Shown here in pieces: positions 18,997-26,946 of a stretch of DNA of 64,000 nt. Under the pieces are notes generated by a model. That model worked only from the letters and a program-made list of their open reading frames with translations, ran no database searches and was not told the origin of the DNA. Positions within the stretch are counted from its first letter, which is position 1. Every line of letters starts with the position of its first letter. Location: the NCBI GenBank assembly GCA_947649575.1, contig CANSRZ010000002.1, positions 68,049 to 132,048 of the forward strand, read 5' to 3'. The translations under genes were made by a program, and so were the position numbers. The DNA comes from an uncultured Clostridia bacterium. Lineage in GTDB: Bacteria > Bacillota > Clostridia > Christensenellales > UBA1242.

Positions 18997-19134
18997 ATTT
19001 ATTCTCCTTTACTAATATATTTTAATACAATAAAAAAAAATTGTCCAGCAGATTGACTAATTTCATAATTTTAAGTAAAGTTCAGCTCTTGACAATTGAT
19101 TTTTATTATAATATAATATGATAAAGGAGTTTTT

Positions 19135-19527
19135 ATGGATAAGTCCTTTAACACAATAGATATATATTTATTAAAGCTTGCCAGAATTACATCATTGTAT
19201 AAGAACTATCAAAATCCCAACAGCGACAACTGGTTTGACCGAATTGAAGAAATGCCACAAGCCGACGACCTTGATGGTTATTATCCTGCAAAACTTGCAA
19301 AGAACAGCAATAGCAAATTTATATTGGTCACACACGGCAGTAAAGTTATAAAGAAAAACCTGAATACTGATTATTTAATGTTTGACTATATGGGTGAACT
19401 TTGCATAAAAGAGCAAATTCCATTGGCAATAACAGAAAAATCAACAAAGGTTCGTTTAAGCCGACTAAAACAAATTGAAGAGGAAAGTTATAAAAAAGAT
19501 TTTTCTGACTCAGAAATAGGATTTTAA
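19135..19527 (+). CDS. Hypothetical protein
   Basis: 130 aa. AAAGGAG RBS. Consensus promoter TTGACA-17-TATAAT just upstream (about 19090-19118). Confidence 0.55.
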   Translation: MDKSFNTIDIYLLKLARITSLYKNYQNPNSDNWFDRIEEMPQADDLDGYYPAKLAKNSNSKFILVTHGSKVIKKNLNTDYLMFDYMGELCIKEQIPLAITEKSTKVRLSRLKQIEEESYKKDFSDSEIGF

Positions 19528-19690
19528 GGGAAAAACATGAAATATAAAACACAAATTTATACATTATCAAATTAAAAAGATTAACAAAATTATATTACAC
19601 TAACACAAATTCTTATTGTGATTACACAATAAACAAAGAATTTGAACTCATTAAAGGAGTTTTTATAGCCAAACGTTTAAAAAAGACAGG

Positions 19691-19939
19691 TTGCTTTATC
19701 GAGAGCTATCCTTATTAATTACAAGCGGAAACAATATTATTAAGTATAACCATGCCGACACAACTATGCACCAGTCGGATATAGGCATAATTTGCTACTA
19801 CGATCCTACTCCACTTGGTCTTTACTTCCCTAAAAACAAAGTCAACTTAGAAACACTTAAATCAATAGAGGAGGATTTTAATAAAAAAAACAACCCGCGA
19901 CTCATAAAAAGGGGAAAGGAGAAAAAGTATTTTATATAG
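19691..19939 (+). CDS. Hypothetical small protein (weak call)
   Basis: 82-aa ORF with a TTG start and no convincing RBS. The upstream SD copy is followed by ATA rather than ATG. Confidence 0.25.
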   Translation: MLYRELSLLITSGNNIIKYNHADTTMHQSDIGIICYYDPTPLGLYFPKNKVNLETLKSIEEDFNKKNNPRLIKRGKEKKYFI

Positions 19940-19994
19940 ACCTTGATAATTATGGCAAACAATCATAAAAAATAAAAAATATTTTGGTTTTTTA

Positions 19995-20023
19995 TTGACA
20001 AATAACTTTAAAGTCGCTATAAT
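19995..20023 (+). promoter_or_regulatory. Consensus sigma-A type promoter of tRNA-Met
   Basis: TTGACA (19995-20000), 17-nt spacer, TATAAT (20018-20023), about 20 nt before the tRNA 5' end. Confidence 0.8.
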
Positions 20024-20043
20024 ACAATAGTGACTTCAAATAT

Positions 20044-20120
20044 GGCAGCATAGCTCAGCTGGCTAGAGCGCACGATTCATACTCGTGAGGTCACTGGTTC
20101 GATCCCAGTTGCTGCTACCA
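20044..20120 (+). tRNA. tRNA-Met (anticodon CAU), elongator type, CCA encoded
   Basis: GGCAGCA acceptor, GCTC-AGCTGGCTA-GAGC D-arm, CACGA-TTCATAC-TCGTG anticodon arm, ACTGG-TTCGATC-CCAGT T-arm, TGCTGCT-A-CCA. Closely resembles Bacillus elongator tRNA-Met as I recall it. Ile2(CAU) is not formally excluded. Confidence 0.9.
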
Positions 20121-20126
20121 TAAAAA

Positions 20127-20152
20127 ACACTTGCAAACGCAAGTGTCTTTTT
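20127..20152 (+). terminator. Intrinsic terminator after tRNA-Met
   Basis: ACACTTGC-aaac-GCAAGTGT followed by CTTTTT. Confidence 0.8.
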
Positions 20153-20710
20153 ATTATTTATAAAAATTGAATATTTGTTGATATACCCATAGCGCTTATA
20201 ACAAATAAGTTTGCTTTTGAAGAAATAAAAATTCGCAAACAGTCAAAGCATGATAGTTTACGTTACAAGTTTTATATTTGCATAATACTTTCTTTAAATA
20301 ACAAACTAACTTAATAGTTTTTATCACAAAACAAAAAAAATAATATGATGATATTATAAACAAAAATATTGATTTTTGAAACAAAAAATACAATCCTTAA
20401 AAAACGATTATTTTTGCCATAATTTTTACAAAACTAAATGAGTCAAATGCCATTTTTCGATGAATTTACATTGAAAAAACATGTTTTAATAATATTATTC
20501 GACCTTTTTAGACAATTTTTACAATGTAATTAACTATTAAAGATTATGTTTTGATTACTTTTTTAAAATAGTCTTTATTTTGTTGGTTTTTGTCGAATTT
20601 TTGTAAAAATATAAAGTATATTGAAAATATTTTTAAAAATTTCAAAAATCGCTTTACTTTTTTATCTTAATATTTTATACTAACCAAGTCACATAAAGGA
20701 GGTGACAAAA

Positions 20711-21172
20711 ATGCAAAAAAGTAGCTTTATTATACAAACAACCACAAGCAATACATTACTAGCTTCAGGTTTACCAGCACACTTACAAGGTTTTAACTTT
20801 GCAAAAGATGCAGTTATCCTTTCAATCAAAAAACCAAATTCATTACAACATTTAACAAAAGAGCTTTATCCAGAAATAGGCAAGAAGTACGGAGTTTCAG
20901 GAAGCATCGTAGAAAGAAGCATACGCAGTAGCATTGACTATGCATATGACTCTGAATCGTTATATGGATTAAACGATCTTTTAAATATACAATTTTTTAC
21001 AGGCAAAAACAAACCGTCAAATGGTTACTACATAGCTCTCATTGCCGAAATAGTTAAAAACAAAATTTTAGATATCATCACAAACAACACTTCAGAGGGT
21101 CAGAACAGTCGCACACAAGCTTTAGATTTTATACAAGAAGAAATGGCGGACTTTATTGCAGAAAACGCATAA
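20711..21172 (+). CDS. Standalone Spo0A C-terminal (DNA-binding) domain protein, no receiver domain
   Basis: 153 aa from ATG 20711 (AAAGGAGG upstream). GLPAHLQGFNFAKDAVILSI...LTKELYPEIGKKYGVSGSIVERSIRSSIDYAY...KPSNGYYIALIAEIV parallels the Spo0A effector domain (..GVPAHIKGY.YLR.AI...T..LYP.IAKK..T..SRVERAIRHAIE..KPTN.EFIA). Confidence 0.75.
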   Translation: MQKSSFIIQTTTSNTLLASGLPAHLQGFNFAKDAVILSIKKPNSLQHLTKELYPEIGKKYGVSGSIVERSIRSSIDYAYDSESLYGLNDLLNIQFFTGKNKPSNGYYIALIAEIVKNKILDIITNNTSEGQNSRTQALDFIQEEMADFIAENA

Positions 21173-21385
21173 CATATTTTCAATTAATACAATTTTAAAC
21201 TAGCATTATCAATACATCTTTAATTATTTATTTTTTTTCAAAAGACCACATGTCTTTTATTTTCTGATGTTTATATATAAAAATATAACTATATAATTAT
21301 AAAGCATAAGTATAAAAAATATTGACAGCAATTAACCTGGGATATAATTAACAAATTCAAACCCCATTCTTTTTTCATAAAAAAC

Positions 21386-21415
21386 AAAAGAGCCTTTACA
21401 TAAAAGGCTCTTTTT
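21386..21415. terminator. Intrinsic terminator downstream of the rubrerythrin gene
   Basis: AAAAGAGCCTTT-acata-AAAGGCTCTTTT. Confidence 0.75.
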
Positions 21416-21429
21416 AGTATAATTATTTT

Positions 21430-21969
21430 TTAAAATTCTTCATTATGGATTTGGAAGTATGCTTTAGGGTGAGCACATACAGGACAAGCCTCTGGAGCAA
21501 AATCTCCAACATGAATATGTCCGCAATTTCTGCAAATCCATATTTTCTTTTCGGTTTTCTTAAATACGCTTGCATTTTTTACGGCTTCGGCTAACATTTT
21601 ATATCTTTCTTCATGTCTTTTTTCAATAGCAGCTACGCCGTCAAATTGTTTAGCAATTGCTTCAAAGCCCTCTTCTCTGGCTTCTTTAGCCATTCTCACA
21701 TACATATCTGTCCATTCGCCATTTTCACCAGCTGCTGCCTCTAACAAATTAGACAATGTATCATTAACAGCTCCTCCATTTAGGTGTTTAAACCAAAGTT
21801 TAGCATGCTCTTTTTCATTATCTGCAGTTTCGATAAAAATTTGAGCAATTTGCTCATATCCGTCTTTTTTAGCTTGAGATGCGAAATAGGTATACTTATT
21901 TCTAGCTTGACTCTCGCCCGCAAAAGCCTCTTTTAAATTTTGTTCAGTTTTACTTCCTTGTAATTTCAT
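21430..21969 (-). CDS. rbr: Rubrerythrin
   Basis: 179 aa. Ferritin-like di-iron helices ([24 protein letters not shown]) plus a C-terminal rubredoxin-like CRNCGH...CPVCAH. Confidence 0.92.
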   Translation of the reverse strand: MKLQGSKTEQNLKEAFAGESQARNKYTYFASQAKKDGYEQIAQIFIETADNEKEHAKLWFKHLNGGAVNDTLSNLLEAAAGENGEWTDMYVRMAKEAREEGFEAIAKQFDGVAAIEKRHEERYKMLAEAVKNASVFKKTEKKIWICRNCGHIHVGDFAPEACPVCAHPKAYFQIHNEEF

Positions 21970-22130
21970 AAAATCCTCCTTTTTAATTACATATATAGTT
22001 TAAATCATTTTTAGACAAAAGTCAAACAAATAACACAATTAACAAACTTTCCCAATTTTATTAAACAACAATACAAAAAGCAGAAAAATCTTAATGCGCT
22101 AGATATTTTTTTTATAAAAACAAGTCAAAA

Positions 22131-22146
22131 TGTTCCACGTGAAACA
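22131..22146. promoter_or_regulatory. parS site 1 (perfect consensus)
   Basis: TGTTCCACGTGAAACA equals the Firmicute parS consensus TGTTNCACGTGAAACA. Confidence 0.9.
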
Positions 22147-22182
22147 TTTTCTAATAATACGGGAACAGATTTTTAGCAAAAT

Positions 22183-22198
22183 TGTTTCACATGAAACA
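22183..22198. promoter_or_regulatory. parS site 2 (one mismatch)
   Basis: TGTTTCACATGAAACA. Confidence 0.75.
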
Positions 22199-22233
22199 TT
22201 TTTCCTTTAAAACCACACTCGTTTATTCTAGTT

Positions 22234-22249
22234 TGTTCCACGCGAAACA
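22234..22249. promoter_or_regulatory. parS site 3 (one mismatch)
   Basis: TGTTCCACGCGAAACA. Confidence 0.75.
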
Positions 22250-22384
22250 TTATTTTTGTTTATAGCTAAAAATACCCTGTTATTGATTTGTATAAAACGT
22301 TAAATGATTATAAAATACAAGTTGAATACAAAATAAACTAAATTTAAATAAAAGAGCACGCAGTTTTAATGCGCGCTAATATTT

Positions 22385-23326
22385 TTAATGTCTTTTATTG
22401 TAATTTTTCAAATCTTCAAGTGTTATTTCTTTCTTTTTAAGCAATTCTACCAAATCCGCTAATCTATCCAAATCATCTCTTGAATAATAGTCAATATAAA
22501 TTCTGCCTTTATTATCATTTCCAATAGCCGAGACTTTAGTGGCAAAGATTCTTTGCATTTCATTTACAAGTTCTTTCAGTTCAAGAGATTGCTCAACAGG
22601 CTTTGCGGTAACTGTTCTATTAGGAGATGTATAATTTTTTACAGCTTTTTCCAAGTCTCTAACACTTAACTTGCCTGACGCAGCAGAATTTGCCAATTTT
22701 GTCTGCAAATTAATATCATCAATCACAACCAAACTTCTTGCGTGACCTGCAGAAAGCTTACCGTTTTCTACTAACTTAACAACATCTGGAGTTAATGTTA
22801 ATAACCTTAAAGTATTTGCTACGTTTGAGCGGCTTTTTCCAATTCTTTCCGCAACAGTTTCTTGTGTAAGCTTATATTCATCCATCAATTGCCTGATCGC
22901 TCTTGCGGCTTCAATAGGATTTAAATCCTCTCTTTGCAAGTTCTCAATCAAAGCGATTTCTTTAACTTGTTTTTCTGTATAATTCTTTACAATAACTGGA
23001 ACTACTTCTAAACCTGCAATTTGAGAAGCTCTCCATCGTCTTTCACCAGCAATGATCATATATGAGCCATCTTGCTCTTTATTAACCACAAGAGGTTGAA
23101 TAACTCCATGTACCTTAATAGAGCTTGCAAGATCTTGCAAAGCTTCTTCATCAAAGAATTTTCTTGGCTGATTTGGATTAGGTCTTACATCTGCGACTTT
23201 AACTTCCATAACACCGTCATTCTTTTTTTGAGGTTTTTCTACAGTTATATTTTCATTACTAACGTCATTATCATACATGCCAAATAATGCTTCAAGACCT
23301 CTTCCTAAACCTTTTTTGTTACTCAT
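22385..23326 (-). CDS. parB: Chromosome partitioning protein ParB/Spo0J
   Basis: 313 aa. NPNQPRKFFDEEALQDLASSIKVHGVIQPLVV, GERRWRA, HTH ..TQETVAERIGKSRSNVANTLRLL. Confidence 0.95.
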   Translation of the reverse strand: MSNKKGLGRGLEALFGMYDNDVSNENITVEKPQKKNDGVMEVKVADVRPNPNQPRKFFDEEALQDLASSIKVHGVIQPLVVNKEQDGSYMIIAGERRWRASQIAGLEVVPVIVKNYTEKQVKEIALIENLQREDLNPIEAARAIRQLMDEYKLTQETVAERIGKSRSNVANTLRLLTLTPDVVKLVENGKLSAGHARSLVVIDDINLQTKLANSAASGKLSVRDLEKAVKNYTSPNRTVTAKPVEQSLELKELVNEMQRIFATKVSAIGNDNKGRIYIDYYSRDDLDRLADLVELLKKKEITLEDLKNYNKRH

Positions 23327-24146
23327 CTTTATTCACCCTCCTCAAATTAATTTTAGTGTCTTTTGTTATAGTTTTATAACTAACCTTATTTCTATCCAAA
23401 AATTCTTCTGCCAAACTTAAATATGCATCTGCCCCTTTTGAAGCAGGCTCATATACCACAATCGGCTCTCCATGACTTGGCGCTTCCGCCAATCTGATAT
23501 TTCTTGGAATATAAGTAAAGAACACTTTTTTGCCAAAGAATTTTAAAATCTCATCGCTAACCTGGTTCGTAAGATTAGAGCGTTTATCTTTCATAGTCAT
23601 AACAACGCCCTCAATGTCAATCTTTGGATTAAGTTGGAATTTAATCAATCTGATTGTATTCATAAGCTGAGTAATTCCAACGAGCGGATAATATTCACAA
23701 GGCATCGGAATAATAACGCTGTCACTTGCAGTCAAAGCGTTAACAGTTAGCAAACTTAAAGATGGTGGCAAATCCAGCATAATGAAGTCATATCTATCTC
23801 TTAAAGGATCAAGAATGCCTTTAATAATCTTCTCTCTTTGTGGCATTTGAACCATATCAAGTTCCGCTCCTGACAAATCAGACGTCGATGGCAATATATC
23901 TAACCCCTCAATCAAAGTTTCTTTGATAACCTCATCAACAGAAGTATCGCCTGAAATTAAGTCATACATTGTTTTTAAATCATCAGTTTTGTCAATGCCA
24001 AGACCTCCTGTCGCATTGCCCTGAGCATCCAAGTCTACAACCAATACTTTTTTGCCCATAACTGCCACATATGCAGCCAAGTTTACACAAGTTGTAGTTT
24101 TGCCAACTCCACCTTTTTGGTTGGCAAATGAAATAATCTTTCCCAT
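23319..24146 (-). CDS. parA: Chromosome partitioning ATPase ParA/Soj
   Basis: 275 aa. Deviant Walker A NQKGGVGKTT. 8-nt overlap with parB. Confidence 0.95.
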   Translation of the reverse strand: MGKIISFANQKGGVGKTTTCVNLAAYVAVMGKKVLVVDLDAQGNATGGLGIDKTDDLKTMYDLISGDTSVDEVIKETLIEGLDILPSTSDLSGAELDMVQMPQREKIIKGILDPLRDRYDFIMLDLPPSLSLLTVNALTASDSVIIPMPCEYYPLVGITQLMNTIRLIKFQLNPKIDIEGVVMTMKDKRSNLTNQVSDEILKFFGKKVFFTYIPRNIRLAEAPSHGEPIVVYEPASKGADAYLSLAEEFLDRNKVSYKTITKDTKINLRRVNKDE

Positions 24147-24281
24147 AACACCTCACAGTATATTTACAACAATATAATAGCACAAAAAAGTGTAAAAATA
24201 AAGAAATTTCGCTTTAATTTTCAAAAAATTCACTGATTTTGCATAATTTGTTTAAATTTTGTCCTATTTTGATAAAAACTA

Positions 24282-24310
24282 TTGAATTTGCCTTTTTTAT
24301 ATGGTATAAT
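24282..24310 (+). promoter_or_regulatory. Promoter of the 24330-25964 two-gene operon (extended -10)
   Basis: TTGAAT (24282-24287), 17-nt spacer ending in TGG, TATAAT (24305-24310). Confidence 0.6.
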
Positions 24311-24329
24311 TTAATCAAGGAGAAACAAT

Positions 24330-25229
24330 ATGTTAGAAAATAATTTTAACGAACTTGACGATGATTTTATTACAATTTGGTCAAGATTTATTACAGCAAA
24401 AGAATTTAAATACTTGAGCATTAAAGAAGATTTGGAAAAACTTGCTGAGCTTGGGCAGGTTAATGCAATGCAGTCATATTATCTTTTTTTGAAGGCAGGC
24501 GAACAACATAACCCTATTATAGATAAAAATGTTAACATGCTTTACAGAAATTCTTTTAACAATGTATTGGCAAAAGCTTATAAAGAGATGTCTGAAAATG
24601 GTTTTATGGACAAAATGGATTTTGATAAAAGTTTGGAGAAAAATAAGGGCACTTTGTCTTATGCATTATTGCAAGAAGCTAAAGAAATGTGCTTGGATGA
24701 ATATGAAAAGACAAAAAATCCATTATTTCTTTTAAGATTAAATGAAATTGCATCGCCAAAAGAACGAAAAGAAATTTTGAGAAAGCTAAAACGCGAAGTA
24801 CACATAAGTCTTTCCGGTCGTCAATCTAACTCGGTGTTTGCAAATGCAAAATATCTATATTATTTCGGCGAAAAATGGGAACATCCGCTTGGGCTTGAAA
24901 CTCTTAAAGAGTTGTCGCAACGTCCGTTGTCTAAAACTTTGACAGATTACCAACTTCAGCACAAGACAGATAATGAGTTATATCAAGCACAAAGTGAATT
25001 AAAAAACAAAGACGAACTTTGGCGCATGGCTGACAGTATTCCGCTTACCGAGCTTGTTTACACTGGCAAAAGAAAATATACAAAAGAGTATGAACAAAAA
25101 GATGCTGAAAACTTTTCTAGATATTTACATAGCGGCGCGGCAGATATTATAAGAAATCTGGCAATGCAAAGTGATTATAAAGCGCAAAACCATGAAAATT
25201 CAGACTGTAATCAAAATCAGCAACAATAA
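24330..25229 (+). CDS. Hypothetical protein (helical, one possible Sel1/TPR-like repeat)
   Basis: 299 aa. AAGGAG RBS. No catalytic motif recognised. Confidence 0.6.
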   Translation: MLENNFNELDDDFITIWSRFITAKEFKYLSIKEDLEKLAELGQVNAMQSYYLFLKAGEQHNPIIDKNVNMLYRNSFNNVLAKAYKEMSENGFMDKMDFDKSLEKNKGTLSYALLQEAKEMCLDEYEKTKNPLFLLRLNEIASPKERKEILRKLKREVHISLSGRQSNSVFANAKYLYYFGEKWEHPLGLETLKELSQRPLSKTLTDYQLQHKTDNELYQAQSELKNKDELWRMADSIPLTELVYTGKRKYTKEYEQKDAENFSRYLHSGAADIIRNLAMQSDYKAQNHENSDCNQNQQQ

Positions 25230-25247
25230 ATTGCAAAAGGAGGCAAA

Positions 25248-25964
25248 ATGGAGGGCAGCAATATAGATTTTTATGGCGATATTGAAGATTTTGACGTGTC
25301 TTTTTATAAAAATAACATTCTTTACAACGTTGTTCCTGTTATGAAGCCTCTTGAACTAGATGAAAAATTAGAAAATTTAACTCAAGAAGAAAAACTTGGG
25401 CTTTTGAAACTTTCTCATCGCGTTCGACCAGTTTTAAGATTTAACTTTGTTAAAGAACGTATTAATTACTACTTAGCAGGGTGGTCACCTGACGCTATTC
25501 AATTTTATGTTGAAAATGAATACGAATTTACAGAACATCCCGTTATAATTCCGCAACACGAAATTATTGATGAGGATAATACAAGATATGCAACAGGTTT
25601 TTATGGCTATATTAAATCAGGTCAAAATATATTCGAATCTTCTTTCTTATCAAATCCTGAATTCCTTTGCGGAACAAACAAGTTGAAAAAATTTGCAGAG
25701 ATTAAGACTTATCATTATTATGTTCGTCAGTTTTTACCAACCGAGACCGAAGTTTTGCTGCAAATACCAGATTATTTGTTAAAGCAAACGATCGCTTACG
25801 AGGTCGCAATGAATGAGATTTTACCAAATGAATACATTACACCAGACGGCGAACATATCGAGGCTACAGTTCGACTATTCAAAAAAGCTGATAAACAAAA
25901 GTACCCTGAAATCGCAACTGAATATTTTAAATCCTTAAAAAATATTGATAATTTATCAAAATAA
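25248..25964 (+). CDS. Hypothetical protein
   Basis: 238 aa. AAAGGAGG RBS. Lies 18 nt after the preceding ORF, so probably co-transcribed. Confidence 0.6.
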   Translation: MEGSNIDFYGDIEDFDVSFYKNNILYNVVPVMKPLELDEKLENLTQEEKLGLLKLSHRVRPVLRFNFVKERINYYLAGWSPDAIQFYVENEYEFTEHPVIIPQHEIIDEDNTRYATGFYGYIKSGQNIFESSFLSNPEFLCGTNKLKKFAEIKTYHYYVRQFLPTETEVLLQIPDYLLKQTIAYEVAMNEILPNEYITPDGEHIEATVRLFKKADKQKYPEIATEYFKSLKNIDNLSK

Positions 25965-25992
25965 AATGACACCTTGTTTTAGGTGTCATTTT
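25964..25992. terminator. Bidirectional terminator between convergent genes
   Basis: AAATGACACC-ttgtttta-GGTGTCATTT. Confidence 0.7.
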
Positions 25993-26155
25993 CATTTATA
26001 TTATTGTTTTCATGCACAATAATAACCTTTTGTGCAGGTGGATTTAAATTAGGCAAGAAACAGCCATATATCAAACCTATAAATCCAAGAAAAAAGCCAA
26101 TAACACAATAAGCTATTACTGCTACTAAAACATAAACTATTATATTCCAAAACAT
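25979..26155 (-). CDS. Small hydrophobic (2-TM) protein
   Basis: 58 aa from ATG 26155, with GGAGG 6 nt upstream. MFWNIIVYVLVAVIAYCVIGFFLGFIGLIYGCF. Confidence 0.5.
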   Translation of the reverse strand: MFWNIIVYVLVAVIAYCVIGFFLGFIGLIYGCFLPNLNPPAQKVIIVHENNNINENDT

Positions 26156-26174
26156 TTTCAACCTCCTTACCTCT

Positions 26175-26201
26175 ATTATACACGGGGGGGGGATTTGTCA
26201 A
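26175..26201 (-). promoter_or_regulatory. Promoter with a C9 (plus-strand G9) homopolymer in the spacer
   Basis: Minus strand reads TTGACA (26201-26196), AAT-C9-GTG (15 nt), TATAAT (26180-26175). The G9 tract is at 26184-26192. Confidence 0.6.
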
Positions 26202-26247
26202 GCAAATAGTAAAGAAAATAAAAACACCTTTTTAGGTGCTTTTTTTG

Positions 26248-26946
26248 TTATAAAGGCTTTGTTTTTGGCAGGTTTTTGCCACGAGGATATTTGTTAGGGG
26301 TGTGGCTTTCTTTTTTGATAAGAACAAATGCACGTTCCGCATCAATCTCTTCAATTTTAAGTTTTTCTATCTGAGTTTTTCCGCCACCTAATATTTTGAT
26401 AGCCGTCTTACCCGTTGCCAGTTCTTCCTCAATTTTTTGAGATTTATACATTACAGCTTGACCGCCAAGTTTTACAAATGGCAACAGATATTCACTGAGC
26501 GTGTTTACTTGTGCCACAGCACGAGAAGTTGCATAATCAAACTCTTCACGTTGTTTTATTGCAAAATCTTCTGCACGAGAATGAACTGCTTTGATATTTT
26601 GAAGTCCTAGTCTTTTAATCAGTTCATTTAAAAAATTAATACGTTTCAAGAGACTATCAAGCAATGTAACTTTCAAATCTGGTCTTAGAATTTTAAGGGG
26701 AACGCCAGGGAAGCCCGCACCAGTGCCAACATCTACAATGCAAGCATTGTTTTTAAGGTATTTTGCACCCAAAGAGCTGTCTAAAAAATGTTTAAAAATC
26801 ACATCGTCTAGGGCAGTTATTGCAGTAAGGTTAAACTTCTCATTTTCTTGCACCAAAAAGTTATAGTAAACCTCAAACTGCTCAGCTTGTAGTTTACTAA
26901 GTTTTATCCCATACTTTTCAAAAATTTTAATCAACTTTTCTTGCAT
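26248..26946 (-). CDS. rsmG: 16S rRNA (guanine527-N7)-methyltransferase RsmG (GidB)
   Basis: 232 aa. DVGTGAGFPGVPLKI SAM motif. Directly abuts mnmG. Confidence 0.92.
   Translation of the reverse strand: MQEKLIKIFEKYGIKLSKLQAEQFEVYYNFLVQENEKFNLTAITALDDVIFKHFLDSSLGAKYLKNNACIVDVGTGAGFPGVPLKILRPDLKVTLLDSLLKRINFLNELIKRLGLQNIKAVHSRAEDFAIKQREEFDYATSRAVAQVNTLSEYLLPFVKLGGQAVMYKSQKIEEELATGKTAIKILGGGKTQIEKLKIEEIDAERAFVLIKKESHTPNKYPRGKNLPKTKPL

Noticed and set aside
19650-19668. Second copy of the SD context TAAAGGAGTTTTTAT (as before the 19135 gene), followed by ATA instead of ATG
   Set aside because: This could mark a start-codon-mutated pseudogene. However, the frame behind ATA closes after 17 codons and shows no similarity to the 19135 protein. 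The evidence is too thin.
20196-20393. 65-aa minus-strand ORF in the long AT-rich region after tRNA-Met
   Set aside because: Low-complexity Phe/Ile/Lys-rich translation with no RBS. It is an expected chance ORF in AT-rich spacer DNA.
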